Shown: positions 31,121 to 41,729 of the stretch, in pieces
How the letters are laid out: every line of letters begins with the position of its first letter
Position numbering within the stretch: position 1 is the stretch's first letter
NCBI GenBank assembly: GCA_036277315.1
Contig: DASUNE010000143.1
Location: forward strand, 1 to 60,729
Reading direction: 5' to 3'
Origin: Sulfuricurvum sp.
GTDB taxonomy: Bacteria; Campylobacterota; Campylobacteria; Campylobacterales; Sulfurimonadaceae
DNA length: 60,729 bases
Notes under the pieces: generated by a model
What the model was told of the DNA's origin: nothing
What the model saw: the letters and a program-made list of their open reading frames with translations, nothing else
The model's database searches: none
Translations under genes and position numbers: made by a program

Positions 31121-34100
31121 ATGAAATCTTTTAAATTTTTGACACGCTTGATAGCTGTTTTTGGTATCGGTATGATGTTTACCGTATCGGTATGGGCCGC
31201 GGATCCATATGTTTCAATCAGCAATCCTGTGAGTGTCACAGAGGGTAATAATGTCTTTATGGATTTTAATATTACATTGACTGCGGCACCTTCGCATGGC
31301 TGTCATGCCGGGACAACCTACTCAGTCAAGTTTGAAACGACGACAGGCGGAACGTCACAGGCGGCTGATTTTACGGCGATACCCCCAACGACAATTACAA
31401 TTCCAGCGATTACTACAAATAGTGGTGTATGTGGTAGTGTAACCATAGCGGTCCCTATTATTGATGATGCTCTATCTGAAGCAGATGAAACGGTCGCAGC
31501 AAGGCTCATCCCAGGGAACTTTGTAGAGACGATACTATTAGGGACGGGCAGTGCGGCTGGAATAATCATCGATGATGATGCACAGTTGACAATCTCTGTT
31601 AATGATGCGAGTATTGCAGAGCAGGATACAACCGTAAAAGTTACGGTGTTGTTAAGCAAACCTGCCCCGATCGGGGGAATAACGATGGAGTATGAAACGC
31701 TCAGCGCAACCCCTTTGTCAGCTACATCGCCTGCTGATTATACCGGAACTTCTACCCCTCAATCAATAACGATACCGGAGGGTGCAAGCAGCTATATCAT
31801 AGAGGTTCCCATTCATAATGATACGTTGACGGAAGGGACTGAACGTTTTAAAATTAGGATAAGCAATGCTTCAGCAGGGATACTATCAAAAAATGAAGCT
31901 TTGGTGACAATTTTTGATGATGAATCCGTGACGAATATGTGTTCATCGTATGTAGGTATGATAACGATTAATGAGTATCAAAACAATCCCAATTATTTTG
32001 ATGTCACCCATAATAAAATCAAAGGGAATTACATAGAGCTAAAATATATCGATGCTCTTGTTAAACAACATACAAATGATGACTGGAATTTGACTCTTTA
32101 TTCAACACAGACTGTTGTAAAACCATGGAATAGCCGTGACCTTGCTTGTACCGATCCGGATTATGAAATTTTTCAGTTGATCGATGGTATCGAAAGCAAT
32201 GCGATGGGAGCATCTGCAATTGTTGTTCTGACAGACCAAAATGGAAATGAAGTTGATTTTTTTAACCTCAATAATGCAGCAACCTACAATCAAAACTGCC
32301 AATCTTTTATGTATGATACGACTTTCAGTACGGTAAACCCGGCGGATAAAGAATTCTTTCGTAATCCGGATGGAACGGGTGACTGGTCAAATCTAGGATT
32401 GGGGGCAAATTCGGTAGGTAGTCGTTGTTTAAACATTCCAGGAAGTGGATTAGAGCTGATCTATAAGCAGTTTGATGCAATCGATGATGATGAGACGCTC
32501 CCAAGTATAGTGACAGGTGCCGCGGATGTTCCATTAAAAACAAAAATTACCAATAATCAGTTTACCGTTAAGATTCTATCCCTTGATACGAATACAGTTG
32601 GAGAAATCGGGCAACTTCAAGATATCAATACGACAATCAAAGTTTATTTGGCTAACGGTACCGGTGGGGCATTGCTCGATCCTACAGGTCATCTTGTTAC
32701 TTTTAATAATGTAAGTTATGTTCCTTTGAGTCTTACTTATACAAAAGCCGTCAAAAATGCAAAACTTTGGTTTGAATACTGTCAAGATTCATCTGGGGTA
32801 TTGCATAATTGGGATACGTGTTTTCAGACGATCAATGTAGCTTGGCAACGACATGCTTATTCACGGAACTCATTTGCCGTCCGCCCAAATGTATTTAGCA
32901 GTGGTTTGACGGGTTCTCCCTACAAATATACAGCGGGTAAGCCTGAAGGAATTATTTTTCAAGCAAGTGCTTTCGGTGGCAGCGCTGCGACAGATTATAA
33001 TGAGACAGAACACAGTTCATTCGTAGCGGATGTCAATATCAGTGATAGTACCAAATCATGTGCGCAAGCCTCGATCAATTTTAGTCCGTCTATTAACTTT
33101 ACAGACGGGACAAACGTTGTTGCTGGTGTGACACCGATGTACTCATTACCGAATATAGGTGATTTTAATGTCACTATACATGAAATTATAGGGTTGGAAT
33201 ATGCACGGATCGATTGGGATGATACTCCGGATTTTGATCGATTGATTGGTGATTTTAATCAAACGATAAAAGTTGTTCCGGATCATTTTATCATCGATGC
33301 TAATTTGACGAACGGTTCGAATGGGTTTACGTATCTCTCCAATTTTGATGGAAATGCAACAGTGGATCAAAATATATCGGCATTGTTGGATGCTAACCTA
33401 ACAGCAAAAGCATTTGGAGGTTCTACGACCTCCAATTATACGAGCGGTTGTTACGCCAAAGATGGAAATGTATCTTTGGGAATTACGTTGCCGGCGATAA
33501 CACCATCAGGCAATTTAACTCAAGTACTTTGGTATGATGATATCAATAGCAGCGTTCAGGGTAATTTTCCATTGGCTGGTCCGTATGCACCTTTGGCTTA
33601 TCCGGCGCTTCGTTTTGTGAGCGGAGATAGTAATGGTACGGGAAATGTACGGTATCGTCTCAACTTTGACCGTAATCAGACCAAGCTTGTCGATCCTTTT
33701 ACGATGGTTGCTAATGACGTGAATAGTACAGACAGTGATTTGGTGGATGGAAATTCAACATTGACTACGAATAATAGTGCCTATTATGTTTACGGACGCA
33801 TTATCCCCCGTGACATTCGTGTTTTTGGTGCGAATACACCGTTTGCAGCAAACGCGTGGTATGAGGTCTATAATGCTTCTATAATCAATGCAACACCATT
33901 GCCTGCGAGCCGAAATGAGAGCAGCTGGTTTATAAATACACGACATACGGATACGGTCAGCAGTTATGATGGAGATGGAAATGTGACCGTTGTGATAAAC
34001 GGCGCGAATCCTACGAACAGCAATATAGTTCTAGGCAGTGGTATGGAAACCTATTGGTTTGGCAACAGTTATGCATTGGGTGGTTATAAGGCCCATATCA

Positions 34101-34327
34101 ATACCGATCCATGGTTGTGGTATGGATCGAATGCTTTGAGCTATCTCGATCCGGTAAACGCGACGAATCTTGATTGTTTGACTCATCCGTGTTTTAACAT
34201 CAATATTGTTCCACCTGTGGGAGCAACAGGGAGTGCGAAAAGTGGTGCAGAAGGAAATAAAGCGAGTAAAAAATCGGATAGCAGTGGCTGGAGAAGTACC
34301 ACCGATTATGCACCGGCGGTCCGATAA
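31121..34327 (+). CDS. Large secreted pilus-associated adhesin (MshQ-like) with Calx-beta-like domains
   Basis: Signal peptide; two Calx-beta-like repeats (VTEGN..ADF..IIDDALSEADET; SPADY..IHNDTLTEGTERF); INE...YIEL segment resembling a lamin-tail domain; C-terminal WLWY region; heads a minor-pilin cluster. Confidence 0.7.
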   Translation: MKSFKFLTRLIAVFGIGMMFTVSVWAADPYVSISNPVSVTEGNNVFMDFNITLTAAPSHGCHAGTTYSVKFETTTGGTSQAADFTAIPPTTITIPAITTNSGVCGSVTIAVPIIDDALSEADETVAARLIPGNFVETILLGTGSAAGIIIDDDAQLTISVNDASIAEQDTTVKVTVLLSKPAPIGGITMEYETLSATPLSATSPADYTGTSTPQSITIPEGASSYIIEVPIHNDTLTEGTERFKIRISNASAGILSKNEALVTIFDDESVTNMCSSYVGMITINEYQNNPNYFDVTHNKIKGNYIELKYIDALVKQHTNDDWNLTLYSTQTVVKPWNSRDLACTDPDYEIFQLIDGIESNAMGASAIVVLTDQNGNEVDFFNLNNAATYNQNCQSFMYDTTFSTVNPADKEFFRNPDGTGDWSNLGLGANSVGSRCLNIPGSGLELIYKQFDAIDDDETLPSIVTGAADVPLKTKITNNQFTVKILSLDTNTVGEIGQLQDINTTIKVYLANGTGGALLDPTGHLVTFNNVSYVPLSLTYTKAVKNAKLWFEYCQDSSGVLHNWDTCFQTINVAWQRHAYSRNSFAVRPNVFSSGLTGSPYKYTAGKPEGIIFQASAFGGSAATDYNETEHSSFVADVNISDSTKSCAQASINFSPSINFTDGTNVVAGVTPMYSLPNIGDFNVTIHEIIGLEYARIDWDDTPDFDRLIGDFNQTIKVVPDHFIIDANLTNGSNGFTYLSNFDGNATVDQNISALLDANLTAKAFGGSTTSNYTSGCYAKDGNVSLGITLPAITPSGNLTQVLWYDDINSSVQGNFPLAGPYAPLAYPALRFVSGDSNGTGNVRYRLNFDRNQTKLVDPFTMVANDVNSTDSDLVDGNSTLTTNNSAYYVYGRIIPRDIRVFGANTPFAANAWYEVYNASIINATPLPASRNESSWFINTRHTDTVSSYDGDGNVTVVINGANPTNSNIVLGSGMETYWFGNSYALGGYKAHINTDPWLWYGSNALSYLDPVNATNLDCLTHPCFNINIVPPVGATGSAKSGAEGNKASKKSDSSGWRSTTDYAPAVR

Positions 34328-34983
34328 TGAAGGTTAATACGATGCGCTGCGCAATGGCGATGATCGAGCTGATCTTTGCCATCGTGATTATCGCAATCAG
34401 TGTGATAACGATCCCTACGATGATGTCGGTAGCGGATAAGGCCTCTAAGAGTATGGCAATCGATGAGGATGTCATGGCGCGTCTCTTTGGATGGACCATC
34501 GATAAATTTCAGGCACGATGGGATGGAAATTACAGTGCATCTGGTTCGGGAGCCTTGAATATTGATACGATAGCGGATTTAAACTGCTCACGAGCTGGAG
34601 GGTATCGCATTGGTTCGGAGGAAAATATCTCCTCGATGCAATGTAATATGACAGCACCTCCGTCTGCTATACCTTCTACCGGAAGCGGTATTTTAGCGAA
34701 TGGTATTGAACAGCTAAACAACGGAGCTGAGCCGATAACAATCACCTCCGCTGATGGAACGAATTATAATATAACTGCGACATACAGCGTGGCGTATGTT
34801 GATTCTACGGTAGCAACGTCAGGTAACACACAAACGGCTATATGGGTACTTGGTTCATCGGGGAACATGAATCCCTCTCCATCAGGAACGAGCCATCTCA
34901 AGCGTATCGTAACACGGTTTAATAATGATACGTTAGGTGTCGATACGACTTTGACATTTTTCAAATCGAATAAAGGCAATTAG
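34327..34983 (+). CDS. Type IV minor pilin (MshD-like)
   Basis: Prepilin-like A|MAMIELIFAIVII with Glu5; C-terminal LKRIVTR. Confidence 0.72.
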   Translation: MKVNTMRCAMAMIELIFAIVIIAISVITIPTMMSVADKASKSMAIDEDVMARLFGWTIDKFQARWDGNYSASGSGALNIDTIADLNCSRAGGYRIGSEENISSMQCNMTAPPSAIPSTGSGILANGIEQLNNGAEPITITSADGTNYNITATYSVAYVDSTVATSGNTQTAIWVLGSSGNMNPSPSGTSHLKRIVTRFNNDTLGVDTTLTFFKSNKGN

Positions 34984-35904
34984 ATGAGATTTCAACCTAC
35001 CCGTCGCGGTTTTACCTTTATTGAACTTCTCTTTGTTATTGTTATATTGGGGATTGTTGGGGGAATTGCCCTCGAAGCGATTCGCCAATACTACGAGGGG
35101 ATATATCGAACCCAAGAGTACAGTAAGAGGGTAGCCGAAGCCGATCATATACTTGATCAGCTCACCAAATATTTCGAACAGGGTATCAGCAGTTCGATTG
35201 TCAATTTGGACATAAATCCAACGACCGTAGCATGTTATGGGCCTCCAGTAGAAAATCCTGCTGATTTTACGATAGCATTTATCGGAGTAGACAGTGACAG
35301 TTTACGAGGTGTTGGCGGTCGTCCCGGATGGAGTGAAGAAACACAGTTGTTGGCGGGTAATGAGCTCAATATTTCGGATGCTAATTTGAGCATGGCAAAT
35401 GATATCATTATTGGACTAGGGTCAACATTAGTAAATTCGGCAATTTATGATGCGGACAGTCTTGATTCCAATGCCTGTGTACGGTTTAATTTTGCGGGGG
35501 AAGGTAAAGAAGGATTTCATCGTATATCAGCGGCTACCTCTCCAACCCGACTCTCTTTAAATACAGACAACAATGCCAGTCATGGACATCGTAAATATCT
35601 GCTTCGAACCGGATACGCATTTCGGGTCCAAGATGATGGTAATTTTACGATGTACACTAATTTCCGACCATGGCTAGATGAACATTTTAGTAATGCAGCT
35701 AAAATAAATGTTTTGGGTCAAAATGTTGCCCATTTTTATGCGGATTACAATGCGAGTGATTTTGCGGGCAATGCGGGAGTGAGTGATCGAGGATTGGTGT
35801 GGAGGCTGAAAGTGTGTATGCGCGGTCTTGACAGCAATCTAAGTACAAGTGAGGCGGAAAGCCAAGCGATTTGCCGTGAAAGGAGAGTCCATGTACGCTA
35901 CTAA
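34984..35904 (+). CDS. Type IV minor pilin (MshO/PilW-like)
   Basis: Canonical RRG|FTFIELLFVIVILG prepilin cleavage/methylation motif. Confidence 0.82.
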   Translation: MRFQPTRRGFTFIELLFVIVILGIVGGIALEAIRQYYEGIYRTQEYSKRVAEADHILDQLTKYFEQGISSSIVNLDINPTTVACYGPPVENPADFTIAFIGVDSDSLRGVGGRPGWSEETQLLAGNELNISDANLSMANDIIIGLGSTLVNSAIYDADSLDSNACVRFNFAGEGKEGFHRISAATSPTRLSLNTDNNASHGHRKYLLRTGYAFRVQDDGNFTMYTNFRPWLDEHFSNAAKINVLGQNVAHFYADYNASDFAGNAGVSDRGLVWRLKVCMRGLDSNLSTSEAESQAICRERRVHVRY

Positions 35905-36355
35905 ACGATCCGGTTTTGCGATGATATTGGCGATTTTTGTCGTTGTCATGGTTGCCCTAGGGGGTGTTATGCTGCTTGGAAATGCCACCACTGGTGCTAA
36001 ATCTACGGGCGATAATTATCTCCGGGCTCAAGCAGAACTTTTGGCTATGAGCGCAACGGAATTTGCGGTGATGCGGGCGCAGGGGTTTGATATAGGTGTT
36101 AATTCGGCGAATTGTTTTTTGCAACAGCTTAATATCACCGTCAAAGATACTTCTGGAAAAGCTACGTATGATGCAAATGTTTCTCTGCAGTATTCTTTTA
36201 GAAATGATGTACCAAATACGTGCAGTAATGTTTTAGCAGAAAATACGGGTAAAGACACGATGATTCTCGTGGATGTAACCGTTACGACCAATCCTGATGC
36301 GAATATTTCCACAGAACCGATACGGGTTCATAAACGGTCGTGGCAGAAGCTGTGA
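35891..36355 (+). CDS. PilX/MshP-like minor pilin
   Basis: KRSG|FAMILA prepilin motif lacking Glu5, RAQAELLAMSA; ATG 35891 after AGGAG. Confidence 0.72.
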   Translation: MYATKRSGFAMILAIFVVVMVALGGVMLLGNATTGAKSTGDNYLRAQAELLAMSATEFAVMRAQGFDIGVNSANCFLQQLNITVKDTSGKATYDANVSLQYSFRNDVPNTCSNVLAENTGKDTMILVDVTVTTNPDANISTEPIRVHKRSWQKL

Positions 36356-36361
36356 TTAATA

Positions 36362-36384
36362 TTTCCCGCTTATGCGGGGGAAAA
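36362..36384. terminator. Hairpin between convergent operons (probable bidirectional terminator)
   Basis: tttcccgc-ttat-gcgggggaaa. Confidence 0.55.
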
Positions 36385-36406
36385 GCAGTGAAGATAAAAT
36401 AAGTGA

Positions 36407-36790
36407 TTATTGAATAGTAAGTTGAGCTATTTTAGAAAGAACATCTTTTTCGCGGACAGGCTTCATCAGAAAACCGTTTGCTCCGCAGTCTAATGCTTCC
36501 CCTTTTTTTGTTTCATCCGTTGTTAGGACAATGACAGGTACTTGGCGAAGAGAATCATCGGATCGGATGACCTTAAGCATCTCTATCCCACCCATGACAG
36601 GCATGATGATGTCAAGCAAAATAATATCGATATCATCTTGTGTCTTTAAGACACCAATCGCATCGGCACCGTTTTTTGCTTCAATAACTTGAGCAACATT
36701 AGGTGCTTTCATTAACATGGATTTTAAGAGTTTTAAGTTGATCATATCATCATCAACTGCGAGTACTTTTAGTTTTTTAACATCCATCAA
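36407..36790 (-). CDS. Single-domain response regulator (receiver only)
   Basis: VDDD, LLDIIMP (phospho-Asp), VLTT, KP motifs. Confidence 0.93.
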   Translation of the reverse strand: MMDVKKLKVLAVDDDMINLKLLKSMLMKAPNVAQVIEAKNGADAIGVLKTQDDIDIILLDIIMPVMGGIEMLKVIRSDDSLRQVPVIVLTTDETKKGEALDCGANGFLMKPVREKDVLSKIAQLTIQ

Positions 36791-36802
36791 TAGATTCCTA
36801 GT

Positions 36803-39800
36803 TTAGATAAATTTTTCAAACACGAGACGTAACAAATCTTTATTCACACTATTTTTGATTATCTCATGGACGTACATCGCATCATTTTGATCTTCATTGG
36901 CGGTTGGGTCAACGAGCATGACTAAAGACATTTCACTATTATTGCTACGAATTATATCATAGAGTTCTTTTAGATTAAGGTCTGGAAGCGATTTGTCAAA
37001 CAATGCCAATTTATAGTTTTTCATGTCAATGTGTGAATATAGCTCTTTCGCTTTGTTGACAGTAACATAGGTATATCCAAGGTCGTCAAGGATACGGCTA
37101 AAAAGTTTTAGCTCTAAAGGATTTTGTTTTGCTAATAAAATATCGGCATCAAATGATGATTTTAGAGGCTCGGTACTTTCGCGAAGCTCATTAGAGAAAG
37201 TTGCCTCTTCGTTAACCATTTCTTCCTCGAGTAGACTCTCCTCTACCGAGGTGAATTCTTCTGCTTCCGGTTCTTCCGGTAGCGAGATGGTTACTTTGGT
37301 ATCAATAGCAGCTTCTTCTTCGTTTTGCTCATTATTGCTTCCCAAAAGGTCATTGGCTGATTTAGGAATAGCATTGATCTCAATGATTTTGTGCGATAGA
37401 AAATTGTTGAGCAAAGAGATAATATCACTGCGAACCAATGGTTTTGTCGTGTATTCATCCATGCCTATCGCCATAAAGCGCTCACGGTCGCCTTTTAACG
37501 CGTTTGCTGTGAGAGCAATAATCGGTATGTGATGTTGATTGTGATCCTCTTCAAAGTCTAAGATCTCCTGAGTCGCTTCCATACCATCAAGAACAGGCAT
37601 CTGAATGTCCATAAAAATAAGGTCATATTCTCCATTTTTACGTTTTTCAAACGCTTCGAGTCCATTATTGGCAAGGGTGACCGTCAGACCTAAATCCTCC
37701 AACGTACGCTTGATGAGTTTTTGATTGATGACATTGTCTTCAGCAACAAGGACATTGGCCGCAAAACGAGAGTTTTTCTCATCGAATTTTTTACGTCGTG
37801 TCGTTTTTTGCTTGCGCGTATTGAAAGCTTCCGCTTCGTACGTTTCGAGCACTAAGCGTATTTTTGAGCTGTTGAGAGGTTCATAGAGTACCTTAAACAG
37901 ATCCAGACCCATCGAGTCTATTTTTTTCATATAGTACGATTTAGTGATCAAAATAGTTTGTTCATTGGCTGAAGCAAATTGAATCAGTTCATCATCATTT
38001 GTGTAGTCATTATCGATGAAAAGTAGATCATAGTTGACTTGTCGTTCCAAAATTTTTAACTCATCCATTTCGGTAAAGGTGGTATAGCTAACACCCAAAT
38101 AGTCAAGATACTCTTTAAGATACGTGCTTTGGAGTTTTTTCTTTGTTTTACTTTCATGAATAACGGCATTGATGTTCGAAAAAGAGCCTTTTAGGGGTTC
38201 ATTGAGGGTTTCAATCTCATCAAAAGACAAAGTGAAGAAGAACATGGTTCCCTCACCCGGATGACTTTCAAGATCAAGTTTACCGCCCATAAGCTCAACA
38301 AATCGACTGGAAATGGTTAGACCTAAGCCTGTTCCGCCATATTTACGAGTAATAGAGGTATCTGCTTGTCCAAAAGCTTCAAATATTCGTGATTTTTGCT
38401 CACTGGTGACACCAATACCGCTGTCTTTGACTTGGAAGCGTATCCGCGCACGCCCCTCTTCGTCTGAATCAATACGGCGAATATCCACATTGACGCTTCC
38501 TCCATTATTGGTAAACTTAACCGCATTGCTAAGAAGATTGATGATAACCTCTTTGATTTTGGTTGGATCCCCTTTGAGTGGACGCTCAAGGCTTGGATCA
38601 ATGAAGCATCCAAGGTCAATGTGTTTTTCAGATGCACGAACGGCATAGACATCAACCGCGCTCTCAAACTCTTCCAAGGGATTAAAGGCGATGTCTTCGA
38701 TTTCAAGTTTATTGCTTTCAATTTTGGAAAGGTCAAGGATGTTATTGATGATTTCGAGAAGATTTTCCGAACTTTTTTCGATGATCTCGATAAATTCCCG
38801 CTGTTCATCGTGCAATTCGGTATCTTTTAGCAACTCAGTAAATCCAACGATACCATTGAGTGGGGTACGAATCTCATGCGACATATTTGCTAGGAACATC
38901 GATTTGGCTTCACTCGCCTCCATAGCAAATTGTTTATCCCCCATGGTTTGTTCAATGATACGTTCTAGCAGCGCATAAGCTTGCGCTGTTCCTGCGGCAG
39001 TATCAAGATTGATCGATTTGCTGAGTGCATCGGCTTCATTGTCATGCGTATCTGCTGCAACACGCTTGAGAACGGATTCAAGATTTTTGATATTGGTAGC
39101 GATTTCGTTTGAAAGGAGTACTCCTAAAATACCAATTAAAACAGCAACAAGCCATACGGTAATAGCAATGATAAGGAGCTGAATTGCTTGGGTTTTGACA
39201 TTTGAAGCACGATGATCCATTTGATCCAGCAAGAGTTTTTCTGTCTCATTGATTGCATTGACTTTTTCAGAGAGCATCGCAAACCAAATACCGGATTGTG
39301 TATCGTATTTTCCTTCTCCGCTTTGACGTAAGATATTTCCTCGTTCGACCGATATATCTTGGAACAGTTCACTGTTGTCTTCCGTAAACAGGGATGCTGT
39401 CAGGGATGCTTTTAGTTCCTTGTCATTAATTGAATTGAAGTCAAGGTTGTCCGCTTTAGCGATGTATTCGATCCATTTACTGACCTCTTCTTCTTCAAGA
39501 GGAGCTCCTTTGGAGAGAAGATAAGTGATGTATCCGCGTTCTTGAGCGGTATATTCATTTGCGCGAACCAAGGAGAGATAGGTTCCTTGCATGGAGGTTA
39601 TTTGTTCGTCAAACTGGACAGCAAAAAGGGTTGTAAGCTCATTCAAGAGGGCTGTTTGTGATTTTCCATAAACATCGTCAAAAATCTCATTAAAATCAGC
39701 CGTTTGGTTGTCAATCGACGGGCGTGATTGAAGGCGTGATTTTTCAAGTGCCGTAATGATCGTATCCACTTGTGTCGATTTGTAGTCGGATTTAAACTCG

Positions 39801-40075
39801 TTGATCTTTTTATCAACAACGCTTCGTTGTGCATGAAGTGATTTTAGGGTTGCTGCTGAAGCATTCCCTAGGTACATGACGGTCATACCGCGTTCGCGTG
39901 CGATACTGCTGATCATATCGTTGAGGTGTTTACTTTTTTCAAGATGCACTTGAAGGGTTTGCGCAGATTGATAACTCAAATATGAGGTATAAACATAATA
40001 ACTGGCGAGTGAAAATAGAATCAGAATCGGAAGGAGACTGATAAGGCGAAGTCGATTTTTAAGTCCTAAATGCAT
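36803..40075 (-). CDS. Hybrid sensor histidine kinase with NIT-like periplasmic domain and multiple receiver domains
   Basis: Two TMs flanking ARERGMT...QERG (NIT-like); FLANMSHEIRTPLNG H-box; N/G1/F/G2 boxes; canonical REC (FMDIQMP) flanked by two degenerate RECs. Confidence 0.88.
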   Translation of the reverse strand: MHLGLKNRLRLISLLPILILFSLASYYVYTSYLSYQSAQTLQVHLEKSKHLNDMISSIARERGMTVMYLGNASAATLKSLHAQRSVVDKKINEFKSDYKSTQVDTIITALEKSRLQSRPSIDNQTADFNEIFDDVYGKSQTALLNELTTLFAVQFDEQITSMQGTYLSLVRANEYTAQERGYITYLLSKGAPLEEEEVSKWIEYIAKADNLDFNSINDKELKASLTASLFTEDNSELFQDISVERGNILRQSGEGKYDTQSGIWFAMLSEKVNAINETEKLLLDQMDHRASNVKTQAIQLLIIAITVWLVAVLIGILGVLLSNEIATNIKNLESVLKRVAADTHDNEADALSKSINLDTAAGTAQAYALLERIIEQTMGDKQFAMEASEAKSMFLANMSHEIRTPLNGIVGFTELLKDTELHDEQREFIEIIEKSSENLLEIINNILDLSKIESNKLEIEDIAFNPLEEFESAVDVYAVRASEKHIDLGCFIDPSLERPLKGDPTKIKEVIINLLSNAVKFTNNGGSVNVDIRRIDSDEEGRARIRFQVKDSGIGVTSEQKSRIFEAFGQADTSITRKYGGTGLGLTISSRFVELMGGKLDLESHPGEGTMFFFTLSFDEIETLNEPLKGSFSNINAVIHESKTKKKLQSTYLKEYLDYLGVSYTTFTEMDELKILERQVNYDLLFIDNDYTNDDELIQFASANEQTILITKSYYMKKIDSMGLDLFKVLYEPLNSSKIRLVLETYEAEAFNTRKQKTTRRKKFDEKNSRFAANVLVAEDNVINQKLIKRTLEDLGLTVTLANNGLEAFEKRKNGEYDLIFMDIQMPVLDGMEATQEILDFEEDHNQHHIPIIALTANALKGDRERFMAIGMDEYTTKPLVRSDIISLLNNFLSHKIIEINAIPKSANDLLGSNNEQNEEEAAIDTKVTISLPEEPEAEEFTSVEESLLEEEMVNEEATFSNELRESTEPLKSSFDADILLAKQNPLELKLFSRILDDLGYTYVTVNKAKELYSHIDMKNYKLALFDKSLPDLNLKELYDIIRSNNSEMSLVMLVDPTANEDQNDAMYVHEIIKNSVNKDLLRLVFEKFI

Positions 40076-40086
40076 GGGTATTCCTC

Positions 40087-41718
40087 TTAAAGTTGATCAA
40101 GATAAGCATTAAGCCGTAGAGAGGCTTTTTTGGCTTCTTGTGCGTCATGAGTTTTGCTCAGAATAGTAAGCTCTTCGGAAATTTCAGAGAGACGTAAATT
40201 GTCACTTATTCCCTTGAGTTTGGCTGCACTCTCATTCCACGTTGTGGTATCGAAAGCTTGGATAGCGCTGGTTATCTGGTTACTGATGATACGTGAATCG
40301 TTTTTGTAATCAAAGAGCAGTTCGTCCATGAATGCAGGTTCAATTCCCAATGATTTTGCTACGGTGAACGAATTGTATTCCAGTTTTGGATTAGCCGCTT
40401 GGTTGATACTTTCTGGAGTATTTGGGGTCTCTTCTAAAAAAGGTTCTTCCTCTAACGGTGTTATTATTTCTGGCGCAGGCTCATGAATATCGAGGAGTTC
40501 TTTTTTAAATACCGTTTCTTTGGGCGCGGCTGGTTCCGAAGATTCACTTAACTCTAGCTCGTCTTCGTGGACGATGAGAGGCTCATCTTCATATTGTTTG
40601 AGACCAAAAGAATAAATATCATCGCTTGCTTCGGTTTCTGCAGCGGACGGACTCTTTTGGGTCTCCGGCATCGTTGATTCAAATTCAGTTTCTAACAGCT
40701 CTCCGCCTTTAAGTTTTTGAATGATGTCAAAGAAATATTTGAGATTTGCTTCAATCTCTACCGGCTCGCTTGATGTATTGATCACACTGAGCGTTTCAAA
40801 GGCATCGTCGATACGGAGATTTGCGGCAACCCCTTTGAGTTTGTGCGATAAAATATGAAGATTATTGAAATCATTTTTAGCAGAAGAGGCAAATAGATCG
40901 TCTTTAAAATCGTACGCTTGCTGAATAAAATCACCAATAAACTCTTCGATCAAATCAACCGGTAAACCAAGCTCATTGGCAGCGACATTTGGATCATAGA
41001 TATAGCTTCTGAGGACATTGTGATGATCAAGATATTCTTGCTCATCTGCCGTGTAGCGAGTACCTTTCATTATTGGTTTTTCTTGAGGTTTGTTGGCTGC
41101 TTGGACAGGTTCCGCAACGGGGATCTCTTCTTTGAAAGGAGAGGGTTCAAACGTCTCTTCTTTAAAGGGAGATTTTTCTTCCAGATATTCTTCGTGGATT
41201 TCATCATCAAAAGCGGATAAAGAGTGTTCAGGAACATCCAAAATGTTGGGTTCATCAAGCTGCATAGGAGTTAAGTCAGCATAATCGGGTAATGCCGTAA
41301 TGATGCTTTCTTCCACTTTGGCAAGCAGAGGGGGAGTGTACTCTTGTTGCGCTGCTTTAGCGGAGATGGCATGAGGCTTGATGTCTTCTCCGCTGATGGT
41401 TTTGACGTGATTCATCTCAATACTGTAAGAATTTTGATTGGGATTTTCACATAAATAAAAGGGTGAAACAGAGAGCTGGCAACTGAAAACACGTCCGTTG
41501 GCATGAACAATAGCACTGGATGCATCTGAGTCGGCGTGAAGAAGATAATCGATCCAGCCAAAGCTTTTAAAATTATGGATGTATCCCGGTTCATTCGCGA
41601 AGAGATCGGCAACATCCGTACAAACACTTAATAGTTCATGGAGTGAAGCGTAGTTCAGAAGACGTAACCCTTCCTCATCAATCCCAATGAACTCCTGTTT
41701 ATGGTTATATAGTAACAC
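40087..41718 (-). CDS. Hpt-domain protein (N-terminal PAS-like, two Hpt-like domains)
   Basis: SHKLKGVAANL canonical Hpt; second copy AAKLKGISDNL lacks the His; acidic Pro-rich linkers. Confidence 0.78.
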   Translation of the reverse strand: MLLYNHKQEFIGIDEEGLRLLNYASLHELLSVCTDVADLFANEPGYIHNFKSFGWIDYLLHADSDASSAIVHANGRVFSCQLSVSPFYLCENPNQNSYSIEMNHVKTISGEDIKPHAISAKAAQQEYTPPLLAKVEESIITALPDYADLTPMQLDEPNILDVPEHSLSAFDDEIHEEYLEEKSPFKEETFEPSPFKEEIPVAEPVQAANKPQEKPIMKGTRYTADEQEYLDHHNVLRSYIYDPNVAANELGLPVDLIEEFIGDFIQQAYDFKDDLFASSAKNDFNNLHILSHKLKGVAANLRIDDAFETLSVINTSSEPVEIEANLKYFFDIIQKLKGGELLETEFESTMPETQKSPSAAETEASDDIYSFGLKQYEDEPLIVHEDELELSESSEPAAPKETVFKKELLDIHEPAPEIITPLEEEPFLEETPNTPESINQAANPKLEYNSFTVAKSLGIEPAFMDELLFDYKNDSRIISNQITSAIQAFDTTTWNESAAKLKGISDNLRLSEISEELTILSKTHDAQEAKKASLRLNAYLDQL

Positions 41719-41729
41719 GTTTTCTCCCT

